Of a stretch of DNA of 33,124 nt, positions 25,327 through 33,124 are shown piece after piece; the first letter of the stretch is position 1; each line of letters starts with the position of its first letter. The translations under genes were made by a program, and so were the position numbers. The stretch spans positions 1-33,124 of the forward strand of contig JAWBLQ010000001.1 of assembly GCA_038830105.1 (NCBI GenBank), read 5' to 3'. Below the pieces are notes generated by a model, which was not told the origin of the DNA, did not search any database, and saw only the letters and a program-made list of their open reading frames with translations. The stretch comes from Zestosphaera sp. GTDB taxonomy: Archaea > Thermoproteota > Thermoprotei_A > Sulfolobales > NBVN01.

Positions 25327-27102
25327 GTGGCGGGTGTTATGAGCGTTATGAGGCATATCTCAGTTGCCTTGGGTAAGGAGCCAGCGGACCTAGTAGTCAT
25401 TAACGGAAATCTCGTGAACGTCGTCACGAAGGAGGTGTACGAGGGAGGGGTTGCAGTAGCGAACGGCAGGATAGTTGCTATAGGCGACGTTAACTACGTG
25501 ATAGGCAAAGGCACGAAGGTAGTCGACGCGGCGGGGGCTTACATCACACCGGGGCTGATAGACGGTCACGTTCACGTTGAGACAAGTCTCATGACGTACT
25601 CTAAGTTCGCCGAGGCGGTTCTACCCCACGGGACCACGGCTGTTGTGAGCGACTTCCATGAGGTAGGGTTAGTGTCTGGGGTGAGGGGTATTAAGGCGAT
25701 GGTTGAGGAGGCAAGGAGGACGCCGCTGAGGCTCTACTTCCTAGCCCCCGTCAGGTTACCGTTCCACCCAGGTCTGGAGACCGTGGGTGGTGAGTTAGGG
25801 CCTGATGACGTGGAGGAACTCTTGAAGCTGCCGGAGGCAGTAGGTTTAAGCGAGATCGTGGCGATGAACCTCCTCCTCGGCGATCAGGACTACCTAGCGG
25901 CGGTCGAAGTTGGCAGGAAACACAGAGTAACCCTGGAAGGCCATGCGCCAATGATTAAGGATCAAATGCTTTCAGCCTACGCCGCCTTCGGGATAAGATC
26001 TGATCACGAGTCATTCACCGCCGAGGAGGCATTGCAGAGAGTGAGGAACGGCCTCAGGTTAATGATGAGGGAGGGGTCAGTTGCTAAGAACCTCCACGAG
26101 ACTGTTAAGACCATAGTAGAGAAGCACGTCGACTCGAGGTACATTTTAATGATCACTGACGACGTTGACGCTCCGGATCTATTGAGCCAGGGCCACCTCG
26201 ACCACCTAATACGGAGGGCTGTGGAGGAGGGTGTCGATCCGTTAACCGCTCTCCAGATGGTTACAATCAACACGGCTGAGAACTACAGGATCGATCATGA
26301 AGTAGGGATCCTAGCCCCCGGCAGGTACGGTGACATACTTATAGTCAGTAATTTGGAGAGGTTTGACGTGAAGACAGTCATTACCAACGGCGAGGTAGTG
26401 GCCCAGGATGGGAGGATTATTAAGGAGTTACCTCCGGTGAAGCGCGATCCTTCGCTCCTTAACACAGTTAAACTCGTTAAGAGGATGTCGGCGGAGGATC
26501 TGAAGTTCAGGGTTGATAGGAAGTCTGGCAGGGCGCGGGTAGTGGTGATGAGGGTGCCACCCCACATACCGATCATTGAGCATGACGAGGAAGTTGTGGA
26601 GATAGTTGACGGGGTGATATATCCCGACCCGCAGAGGGACATCGCGCAGATATCCGTCGTGGAGAGACACGGCAGGTCAGGAGGGGTTGGGACAGCGTTC
26701 ATAAGGGGCTTCAACATAAAGAGGGGCGCTATAGCGTCCTCAATGGCTCACGACAATCATAACATAGTGGTTCTAGGGGTTAACCACAACGACATGGCCC
26801 TCGCAGTGAATAGGATCGCTGACCTGCAGGGAGGACAGGTTGTCGTGGAGGGCGGTAAGGTAGCTGCTGAGCTACCGCTACCCGTGGCCGGATTAATGAC
26901 GGACGAAGAGCCTTCAAAAGTCGCAGAGAGGGTTGAGACGCTTAAGAAGGCCGCGCAGAACCTCGGCATAACTATCTACCACCCCTTCATGTTCCTCATA
27001 TTCATACCGTTAGTAGCGATCCCGCTGTATGCAGTGACGGATAAGGGGCTCGTAGACGTGCTGAACCAGAAAATAATAAGCTCGATAATCCAGTATCTAT
27101 AG
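25327..27102 (+). CDS. ade: Adenine deaminase
   Basis: 591 aa. GLIDGHVHVETSLM, GHAP, IRSDHES, MITDD and SMAHDNHNIVVLG match adenine deaminase of the amidohydrolase superfamily. GTG 25327 or ATG 25339 start. Confidence 0.85.
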   Translation: MAGVMSVMRHISVALGKEPADLVVINGNLVNVVTKEVYEGGVAVANGRIVAIGDVNYVIGKGTKVVDAAGAYITPGLIDGHVHVETSLMTYSKFAEAVLPHGTTAVVSDFHEVGLVSGVRGIKAMVEEARRTPLRLYFLAPVRLPFHPGLETVGGELGPDDVEELLKLPEAVGLSEIVAMNLLLGDQDYLAAVEVGRKHRVTLEGHAPMIKDQMLSAYAAFGIRSDHESFTAEEALQRVRNGLRLMMREGSVAKNLHETVKTIVEKHVDSRYILMITDDVDAPDLLSQGHLDHLIRRAVEEGVDPLTALQMVTINTAENYRIDHEVGILAPGRYGDILIVSNLERFDVKTVITNGEVVAQDGRIIKELPPVKRDPSLLNTVKLVKRMSAEDLKFRVDRKSGRARVVVMRVPPHIPIIEHDEEVVEIVDGVIYPDPQRDIAQISVVERHGRSGGVGTAFIRGFNIKRGAIASSMAHDNHNIVVLGVNHNDMALAVNRIADLQGGQVVVEGGKVAAELPLPVAGLMTDEEPSKVAERVETLKKAAQNLGITIYHPFMFLIFIPLVAIPLYAVTDKGLVDVLNQKIISSIIQYL

Positions 27103-27197
27103 ATTTTGCCTTTAAAACGGCTTCACACTTACCTAGGTTATTATTCATTATTCTTTTCACTTAAAGCAACTGATTACAAAACCAGACTTCCACCACT

Positions 27198-27539
27198 TCA
27201 ACCCCCCTCGCCCTGAAGGTTAGGCTTAGGTCTTGTTATAAGTTCCTCGCCTCTGTTAATGGCTATTGATGCAATCAATAGGTCTGGAAAAGCCTGCGGC
27301 TTACCTACTTCAAGAAGACTCAGCTGGAGTTTATGTGCTAATATAAAATCATACTTAACAGGGAACCGCTCCACTCCTAAATAGCTTGCAGTAGATTAAT
27401 TTCAGGAAACTCTACCAGCATTATCGCTGTTATGTTCTCGTTGATAGAGCTCCTTGACCCTGAGCTTGGGTAAAACCTCGTCGAGAATCTTAGTCAACTC
27501 CTCATCGAAAACCCATGAGGGGATCTTAAACGAAACAGT
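27198..27539 (-). pseudogene. Decayed PIN-domain (VapC-like) gene remnant
   Basis: My minus-strand translation: ...TVSFKIPSWVFDEELTKILDEVLPKLRVKELYQREHNSDNAGRVS*N*STASYLGVERFPVKYDFILAHKLQLSLLEVGKPQAFPDLLIASIAINRGEELITRPKPNLQGEGG*. There are two in-frame stops (TGA at 27402-27404, TAA at 27396-27398) and no start codon. The DLLIASIAINRGEELIT segment is the classic third-acidic-residue region of PIN domains. Confidence 0.35.
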
Positions 27540-27666
27540 CCTAGACCCCCAACAAATACAGCGTGAGGAACCAAAGCAACCACAATTATAAACTTAAATG
27601 AACACCTTAGCTCTTAAGAAGCGAACATTAAGACACCTTGCTTCTAATCTAACTGCGAAGGAGAGC

Positions 27667-27743
27667 TGGAGCCGCCGGCGGGGTTTGAACCCGCGACCCC
27701 CGGCTTACAAGGCCGGTGCTCCACCAGGCTGAGCTACGGCGGC
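27667..27743 (-). tRNA. tRNA-Thr (anticodon UGU), CCA encoded
   Basis: Reverse complement folds as a cloverleaf. Acceptor GCCGCCG/CGGCGGC, D-arm GCUC-AGCCUGGUG-GAGC, anticodon arm CCGGC-CUUGUAA-GCCGG (U33, UGU, A37), variable loop GGGUC, T-arm GCGGG-UUCAAAC-CCCGC, discriminator U, then CCA. 77 nt, no intron. Confidence 0.95.
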
Positions 27744-27825
27744 CCCATTTATTTGTGTTTACTTAAAGCCTTATAATGTTTATCCTTTAAAGGTCAGGAA
27801 GGAGGTCAATAGTTGGGGTGTATGT

Positions 27826-29223
27826 TTGAGGGTTAAGCTGATCGCTTCCTTAGGCCCTTCATCGAGCTCCAGCGAGGTTATTGAGTCTCTAGTTCGTGAG
27901 GGGGTTTCGGGATTCAGGATTAATTTGGCGCACGGGAGCTTGAGTGAGTGGAGTGAGTTGATTAGTAGGGTCAGGAACGCCGAGGTTTCTTTAGGTAAGT
28001 TCACGGCGGTGATCGTTGACATTAAGGGCCCCTCACTGAGGTTAGGTGATTTCCCTGAGGTCCTTCAAGTTAGTGCGGGTTCTCTCGTCGAATTCTGTGT
28101 CTCCGGGTACTCGTTAGTTGAGTTGAGGGTTCCGTTCCCGCACAGCGGGATCCTCAATGAATTGTCTGCCGGCGACTTCCTCGTCATGGATGATGGTAGA
28201 GCTCGATTCAAGGTCGTCGACGTCTCGAGGGAGTGCTTCAAGGCTCAAGCACTGACCTCCTGCTCCTTGAGATCTAGGAAGAACGTCGCCTTCCCTGGGA
28301 AGGAGTTCAAGCTACCTTACTTAACGAGCGAGGATACTGAGGCTCTCAAGGCGTTATGCATTGAGGGGATTGACTACGTCGGCGCGAGCCTGGTCAGGAG
28401 GGCGAGGGACGTTGAAGAGCTGAAGGATTTCCTCAGAAGCATCGGTTGCGACGCGTTGGTGGTGACGAAGGTCGAGACTAAGGATGCCGTCGAGAACCTC
28501 AACGAGGTGGTCGAGGTGTCGGACGCCGTCCTAGTTGCCAGAGGTGATTTAGGCATGAACTTCGGTCTGGAAGAAGTCCCGATACTCCAGAGAACGATAG
28601 TTGAGGCATCGCTTAGAATGGGTAAGCCTGTCATCGTAGCGACGCAACTCCTGGAGTCCATGACTAACAGTCCAGTCCCCACTAGGGCTGAGGTCTCCGA
28701 CGTGAGTAACGCCGTCATGGAAGGCGTTGACGCGCTCATGCTGACGGGCGAGACGGCGGTAGGGAATCACCCTGTCGAAGCTGTTAAGTGGTTGAGAAGG
28801 ATTGTGGATAGGACAGAATCAGTTTATAAGCCATTCATCCAGAGAACGGGTGAGCACGTTAAGAAGTCGCTGAAGAAGAGATACGCTAAGGGAGTTGTCG
28901 AGCTGGCTGAGGATCTAAACGGGGTGCTGGCGATTTACTCTATGAAGGGTACGACAGCCTTTTCAATAGCTTCGCTGAGGCCTAAGACACGCTTCTACGT
29001 AGCGGTCCCTAACGTCAACGTAGCTAGAAAGCTGTCGATAATCTGGGGCGCTGATGTAAGGGTTATTGAATCAAGTAATTATATGGAAGGTCTTGAGAAG
29101 CTATACGCAGACCTCCTTAGAGAGGGCTACCTCCGGGAGGGCGAGGTAGTCATCCTAACATACGGCTTGAGGGAGAGGGAGCAGGTGATCAAGGTTAGGA
29201 TGACGGGAAGCCAGCAAACTTAA
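27826..29223 (+). CDS. pyk: Pyruvate kinase
   Basis: (M)RVKLIASLGPSS, GFRINLAHGS, DIKGPSLR, KVETKDAVENL, VARGDLGM and VATQLLESM are family-typical. TTG start, with tttaaa about 35 nt upstream. Confidence 0.9.
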   Translation: MRVKLIASLGPSSSSSEVIESLVREGVSGFRINLAHGSLSEWSELISRVRNAEVSLGKFTAVIVDIKGPSLRLGDFPEVLQVSAGSLVEFCVSGYSLVELRVPFPHSGILNELSAGDFLVMDDGRARFKVVDVSRECFKAQALTSCSLRSRKNVAFPGKEFKLPYLTSEDTEALKALCIEGIDYVGASLVRRARDVEELKDFLRSIGCDALVVTKVETKDAVENLNEVVEVSDAVLVARGDLGMNFGLEEVPILQRTIVEASLRMGKPVIVATQLLESMTNSPVPTRAEVSDVSNAVMEGVDALMLTGETAVGNHPVEAVKWLRRIVDRTESVYKPFIQRTGEHVKKSLKKRYAKGVVELAEDLNGVLAIYSMKGTTAFSIASLRPKTRFYVAVPNVNVARKLSIIWGADVRVIESSNYMEGLEKLYADLLREGYLREGEVVILTYGLREREQVIKVRMTGSQQT

Positions 29224-29231
29224 AACTGAGC

Positions 29232-30038
29232 TTGAAGGTAATACTTTGTGAGCTGAGGAGGATGTCTAAGAAACCGAAGAAGGAGGTAGGGAAGGTAGTC
29301 AAGAAGAAGTCAAGAAGAGTCACATCTAGGCTGAAGAGGGTTGACGTCATCATCTTAGTGAGCGTCGTAGCCCTCATCATAGCCGGGATGTATCTAGCGT
29401 TTTTCGGGGTTCCCTCAATCCCGGCAACAAGTGCTCAGACTGTTGTGACCCCCCTGGAGGTCCTTAAGAAGGTCGTGACTTCTGTCTTCGTAAGTAATTA
29501 CACTAACACCTCTCTAATCGTTATGTATAGCGTCAGGGGGAATTACGCGCTTAACACGTCTCTCTCCATAGCTGATTCCATGTTCGTTACAGCGGCTTAC
29601 AATGGTGAGAGAGGCTACTGGTTCGCGTACTACGACGCAACGCCCTACATGAGGCCAGTCCTAAGAAAGTTAGGGATTGAGTCGTTCCAGGAAGACAACG
29701 CCACCCTACCGCCTAAGGTCAGTAAGCCTGAGGAACTCCTCATCAACGTTTTGAGGTTAGAGCGGAGGAATGCCTCCTTAATTAAGACCTACCTAGGTGA
29801 TGAGGATCTCCCCGTAACCCTATCAACACTCAATCTAAGCTCGGCCTCGCTCAATAAAATCAATACGGTCACTTCAACGAGGGCTACAGAGGTCTTCACT
29901 TACACAGTGACGGAGGGCAACTCGAGCTTGACCATCACCCTCTGGGTCGATAAGGAGACTCGAGTACCTCTGAAGGCCAGGCTAGTCTCAAGAGACGGCG
30001 AGCTTATATTCACGCTGACCAGCGTAGGGCTTATTTAA
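29232..30038 (+). CDS. Hypothetical N-terminally anchored membrane or extracellular protein
   Basis: Lys/Arg-rich N-terminus, a single TM helix (VIILVSVVALIIAGMYLAFFGV), then a soluble domain with many N-x-S/T sequons. The likely start is ATG 29262, preceded by gaggagg. No family recognised. Confidence 0.5.
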   Translation: MKVILCELRRMSKKPKKEVGKVVKKKSRRVTSRLKRVDVIILVSVVALIIAGMYLAFFGVPSIPATSAQTVVTPLEVLKKVVTSVFVSNYTNTSLIVMYSVRGNYALNTSLSIADSMFVTAAYNGERGYWFAYYDATPYMRPVLRKLGIESFQEDNATLPPKVSKPEELLINVLRLERRNASLIKTYLGDEDLPVTLSTLNLSSASLNKINTVTSTRATEVFTYTVTEGNSSLTITLWVDKETRVPLKARLVSRDGELIFTLTSVGLI

Positions 30039-30042
30039 CGGG

Positions 30043-30903
30043 GTGTTAACGTTGGAGAACATAAGACCTACTATAAGGTTACCTCCTAAGGACGTTGACC
30101 CACGTAAGCAGGCAGCTCAAGAGAGACTTAAAAACGTTAGGCATGTCATCGCTATTACCTCAGGTAAGGGGGGTGTTGGGAAGTCGTTCATAGCCTCTAA
30201 CCTGGCTCTGACGCTGAGGACTCTAGGGTATGAGGTAGGTCTGATGGATATAGATTTCCACGGCCCCTCAGCCCCGAAGATGTTGGGTATAAGGAACCAG
30301 AGGTTAATAGCCCTCTCAGAGGGTATACAGCCAGCTACGGGGCCTCTGGAGCTCAAGGTGATGTCCCTAGACTTCCTCCTGGAGAGCGATGACACTCCGG
30401 TCATCTGGAGGGGGCCCATAAAAACCACTGCGATATTTCAGTTCGTGACAGACGTGTCGTGGGGTGCTCTGGATTACCTGATTATAGACATGCCCCCGGG
30501 AACAGGTGATGAGGCGATAACGATCGCTCAGGAGCTGCCGAAGATGGACGGGATCGTCTTCATCACCATACCTTCGGAGGTCTCCGTGCTCGTCGTGGGC
30601 AGATCTATAATGTTCTACAAACGCCTGGGGAAGGAGCCGATAGGCGTGATCGAGAACATGTCGGCCTTCTACTGTCCCGACTCAGGCAAGACGTACAGGG
30701 TCTTCGGCAAGGGCTCGGGGAAGATTCTCTCAGAGAAATATAAAATACCGCTACTCGCCGAGATACCTCTAGACCCTAGGATAGGCGAGGTCAACGATGA
30801 AGGAAGACCCTACGTCCTGACGTACCCGGACTCCCCCATCACGCAATCTTTCAGAGGCATTGCAGCTAAGGTGGTAGAGATACTTGAGAACATGGAAAAA
30901 TAG
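30043..30903 (+). CDS. Mrp/NBP35/ApbC-family P-loop ATPase (Fe-S cluster carrier-like)
   Basis: Deviant Walker A ITSGKGGVGKS, Walker B LIIDMPPGTGDE, and IENMS. The usual CPxC motif reads CPDS here. GTG start. Confidence 0.85.
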   Translation: MLTLENIRPTIRLPPKDVDPRKQAAQERLKNVRHVIAITSGKGGVGKSFIASNLALTLRTLGYEVGLMDIDFHGPSAPKMLGIRNQRLIALSEGIQPATGPLELKVMSLDFLLESDDTPVIWRGPIKTTAIFQFVTDVSWGALDYLIIDMPPGTGDEAITIAQELPKMDGIVFITIPSEVSVLVVGRSIMFYKRLGKEPIGVIENMSAFYCPDSGKTYRVFGKGSGKILSEKYKIPLLAEIPLDPRIGEVNDEGRPYVLTYPDSPITQSFRGIAAKVVEILENMEK

Positions 30904-30957
30904 AGGGAGAACTCGGTCAAATGACCGTCTCCACCCCCACGCGTGGGTCTCTTACCC

Positions 30958-31839
30958 CTACGTTTGACGGTTCCAACCTATAACTACCTTGTTCCTCAGC
31001 ATAGCCACGTGCAGAGCGCCATCATAGTATTTATTAGAGACCCCCCTGACCCTCAACACTTCATTGACGGACTCAGCGCTTAATTGCAACGGATCGTGAG
31101 CGTCTGACGCTATTAAGTAGTTGCACGCGTAACCGAAGGAAGGTACCCAGGTCCAGTACTCCCTAACCACTCTGAAGACCTCTCTTAAACTCCCTACGAC
31201 CTCACTGTAGACCTCGGGGAAGAAGAACGAGTTGCCCGCTTGAGTAGCGAGAATCCCATCAACCTTCATGAGTTTCTTTAGTTCAGAGTAGAACTCCACG
31301 GAGTAGAGCTTACGCCCGATCTCAGGACCGTACGGGTCAGTTAGGTCGTTGATTACGACGTCGAATTGATTGCTGGGGGCTTCCCTTACATACTTAAGTC
31401 CATCCTCGATGATCACCTTAGCTCTTGGGTCGTTGAATGACCCTCTATGCATGAAGTACAGGTACTTCCTAGCGAAATCCACTAACTCCCCGTCGATGTC
31501 AACCATGACGACCTCCTCAACGGTCCTGTGTTTTAGGACCTCCCTCAACGTCGCGCCTTCACCACCGCCTATTATCAGAGTTCTCCGCGGGTCAGGGTGT
31601 GTTGTCATAGCCGGCTGGACCAGCGACTCGTGATATATGTATTCATCCGCTTCTGTTGACTGTATATAGCCGTCAAGAACTAACCCCCTCCCGAAGTCTT
31701 GAAGCTCAACTATCTGTACTTCCTGATACTTAGTCCTTGCCGTTAATATCACTTTACTAACGCTCGCCACCATCACCATGTTAGGGGCTACACCCTGAAG
31801 TAAGGCAATCCCTAGCTTAACTTCGCTCAACCATTTCAC
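30958..31839 (-). CDS. speE: Spermidine synthase / polyamine aminopropyltransferase
   Basis: YQEVQIVE, LVLDGYIQSTEADEYIYHE, IIGGGEGATLREVLKH, VDIDGELV and DLTDP are family signatures. Confidence 0.85.
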   Translation of the reverse strand: MKWLSEVKLGIALLQGVAPNMVMVASVSKVILTARTKYQEVQIVELQDFGRGLVLDGYIQSTEADEYIYHESLVQPAMTTHPDPRRTLIIGGGEGATLREVLKHRTVEEVVMVDIDGELVDFARKYLYFMHRGSFNDPRAKVIIEDGLKYVREAPSNQFDVVINDLTDPYGPEIGRKLYSVEFYSELKKLMKVDGILATQAGNSFFFPEVYSEVVGSLREVFRVVREYWTWVPSFGYACNYLIASDAHDPLQLSAESVNEVLRVRGVSNKYYDGALHVAMLRNKVVIGWNRQT

Positions 31840-31904
31840 CTAAACATATCATAGGAAAGCCAGGTTTAAAACAGTCCGCGAGCGCGTCGCACACAACCCT
31901 GGAA

Positions 31905-32231
31905 CTACTGCTCTGCGCGAGGTCGACTTAGAAGCTCACCGCATATCTTAAGACCGACCTCACTCAACTTGTAGTACTTGACGTTAGTTATGAATGACTC
32001 ACTCCCTTGTGATCTTACCCTGCACATCGCTCTCAGCGGGCATGCGTTGCACAGACATTGCGTGCCCGTGTCAACAGCGACCAGTAAACCCTCGCTGATC
32101 AGGGCTGAGAGAACCAAGTTAATGTCGTTATCCGCTAGCTTGAGTTTACTCGCCAGCTCGCTTGCTGTGAGGGTCCTTAACGTGCATATAAGCCTAAGAG
32201 ACTTGCTCACTACCTCCTCGGCCATGCTCAA
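31905..32231 (-). CDS. Small winged-helix protein with a FeoC-like cysteine loop
   Basis: An N-terminal wHTH (LTASELASKLKLADNDINLVLSALISEGLLV) is followed by C-x-C-x2-C-P-x4-C (QCLCNACPLRAMC). The spacing C-x2-C-P-x4-C matches the E. coli FeoC loop CKSCPEGKAC as I recall it. TTG 32231 or ATG 32225 start, 5-11 nt after the beta-CASP gene stop. Confidence 0.55.
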   Translation of the reverse strand: MSMAEEVVSKSLRLICTLRTLTASELASKLKLADNDINLVLSALISEGLLVAVDTGTQCLCNACPLRAMCRVRSQGSESFITNVKYYKLSEVGLKICGELLSRPRAEQ

Positions 32232-32236
32232 CGGAA

Positions 32237-33124
32237 CTACTCCCTCAAAACTATCTCCTCATTGTTCTGTGGTAAGTGAACCTCGACGTCGTTGAAGCCC
32301 TCTTTAACCTTACTCATGAAAACACTCCCGGCTTTCTCGCTTGTGTGGATGATTATAATGCGTGAGACTCCTCTAAACTCCCTCAGCAACTCTAGAAGCC
32401 CGTCAAGACCTGCATGACTTGAGAAGTCGAACCACTGCACTCTAGCCTTAACAGGACCTACCTCCTCGGAGGGAATGCCGTCCTCTAGCAAGGACCTTCC
32501 AGGCGTTCCCGGCGCTTGATAGGAGACCATAAAGACGGCGTTTCCAGGGTTCCCGGCAAATCTCTTCAGGTAGTAGAGTGCAGGGCCTCCCTTAAGCATC
32601 CCGGCAGACGCCACGATTACGTTCCCGTCACCCTCAACAACCCTCCTCCTCTGTGAAGGTCTGACCACGGGCTTGAACTCCTCCTTGGACTTCAGGAGTG
32701 ATTCATACTTGTTTATGTACTCAGGATAGCTCACCAACACCTCGTATATCTGCCTCACCATCCCGTCGTAATACACGTCACCCTTAAACCTCTCGTAAAG
32801 GAGTGAGAGTATCTCCTGTGCCCTGCCCAGGCTGAAGGCCGGAACCAGCACATTACCCCCTCTATCCGTGACCTCCCTGATGGAGTCTATGAACTCCTTC
32901 TCAACAAGCCCCCTCGACGGGTGTTCAATCCAACCGTACGTCCCCTCAATTATGACTGTGTCGGCCGTGAGTCCGGGGTTGCTAGCCCTTGAAACAAGCC
33001 TTGTGTCTATAGTGTTCACGTCTCCTGTGTAGATCACCTTAGAGTCGTTGACCTCCACGTAAGCCATGGAACTGCCTGGTATATGCCCGGCGTTGATTAG
33101 TTTAACTGAGTAGCCCTCAACATT
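32237..33124 (-). CDS. Beta-CASP metallo-beta-lactamase ribonuclease (aCPSF-like), C-terminal part; N-terminus outside the window
   Basis: The frame stays open upstream of the listed Met to the window edge (NVEGYSVKLINAGHIPGSS, the MBL motif-4 region). Beta-CASP motif A region PAFSLGRAQEIL, YQAPGTPGR, and motif C region FDFSSHAGLDGLLELL...IIIHTSE. Confidence 0.8.
   Translation of the reverse strand, partial: NVEGYSVKLINAGHIPGSSMAYVEVNDSKVIYTGDVNTIDTRLVSRASNPGLTADTVIIEGTYGWIEHPSRGLVEKEFIDSIREVTDRGGNVLVPAFSLGRAQEILSLLYERFKGDVYYDGMVRQIYEVLVSYPEYINKYESLLKSKEEFKPVVRPSQRRRVVEGDGNVIVASAGMLKGGPALYYLKRFAGNPGNAVFMVSYQAPGTPGRSLLEDGIPSEEVGPVKARVQWFDFSSHAGLDGLLELLREFRGVSRIIIIHTSEKAGSVFMSKVKEGFNDVEVHLPQNNEEIVLRE

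Noticed and set aside
27103-27666. A direct repeat of the tRNA-Thr 3' half, which would mark the far att site of an integrated element
   Set aside because: I found no copy of the gggtttgaacccgcg or ccgccggcgg segments elsewhere in the flank. An intact integrated element is therefore not supported, only a remnant.
27780-28022. An 80-aa minus-strand ORF across the pyruvate kinase start and the tRNA/pyk promoter region
   Set aside because: It overlaps the strongly supported pyk N-terminus on the opposite strand and the intergenic TATA elements, and it has no recognisable motif.
30936-30947. The 12-bp palindrome cccacgcgtggg between the convergent mrp-like and speE genes
   Set aside because: It is too short and has no loop. 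It is compatible with chance or a minor terminator-region hairpin, and nothing else supports a function.
1-33124. CRISPR arrays, rRNA genes, transposases/IS elements, integrases and additional tRNAs
   Set aside because: Reading both strands I saw no regularly spaced short repeats, no rRNA-like sequence, no transposase- or integrase-like ORF, and no second T-arm/acceptor pattern. A by-eye scan is not exhaustive.

Overview
This 33.1 kb window looks like a chromosomal segment from a hyperthermophilic archaeon, most likely a crenarchaeote (Thermoprotei). The evidence is archaeal-type AsnRS and TyrRS, a beta-CASP/aCPSF-like RNase, a GC-rich tRNA, TATA-like boxes about 25-30 nt upstream of starts, frequent TTG/GTG starts, and tight gene packing. 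I could run no database search, so all family calls come from motifs I recognise in the supplied translations.

The content is mostly housekeeping and metabolism:
- Carboxylation: a divergent biotin-carrier/carboxyltransferase pair.
- Translation: asnS, tyrS and tRNA-Thr(UGU).
- Transport: a dedicated ECF transporter (S, fused A-A', T), TrkH, and a GltP-type transporter co-transcribed with an unknown 402-aa protein.
- Hydrolases: Nudix, hotdog thioesterase, M19 dipeptidase, M20 amidohydrolase, two MBL-fold hydrolases, and a tandem amidohydrolase plus adenine deaminase.
- Other: endonuclease III, glyoxylate reductase-like dehydrogenase, pyruvate kinase, an Mrp/NBP35 ATPase and spermidine synthase.

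The items most worth a second look are:
1. A threonine-synthase-fold protein whose PLP lysine is replaced (SFKDRG reads SFIDRG). It carries a C-terminal PadR-like winged helix and sits directly upstream of the ECF transporter.
2. An 81-82 nt structured repeat present twice, 9 kb apart, each copy starting about 10 nt after the stop codon of an unrelated gene.
3. An A+T-rich islet next to the second repeat copy. It holds two divergent ribbon-helix-helix genes, one a 59-aa ORF absent from the supplied track, around a perfect 28-bp palindrome.
4. A decayed, A+T-rich 560-bp stretch next to tRNA-Thr that contains a PIN-domain remnant.
5. A FeoC-like Cys-loop winged-helix gene tightly coupled to the beta-CASP RNase gene.

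I found no CRISPR array, rRNA or intact mobile element.
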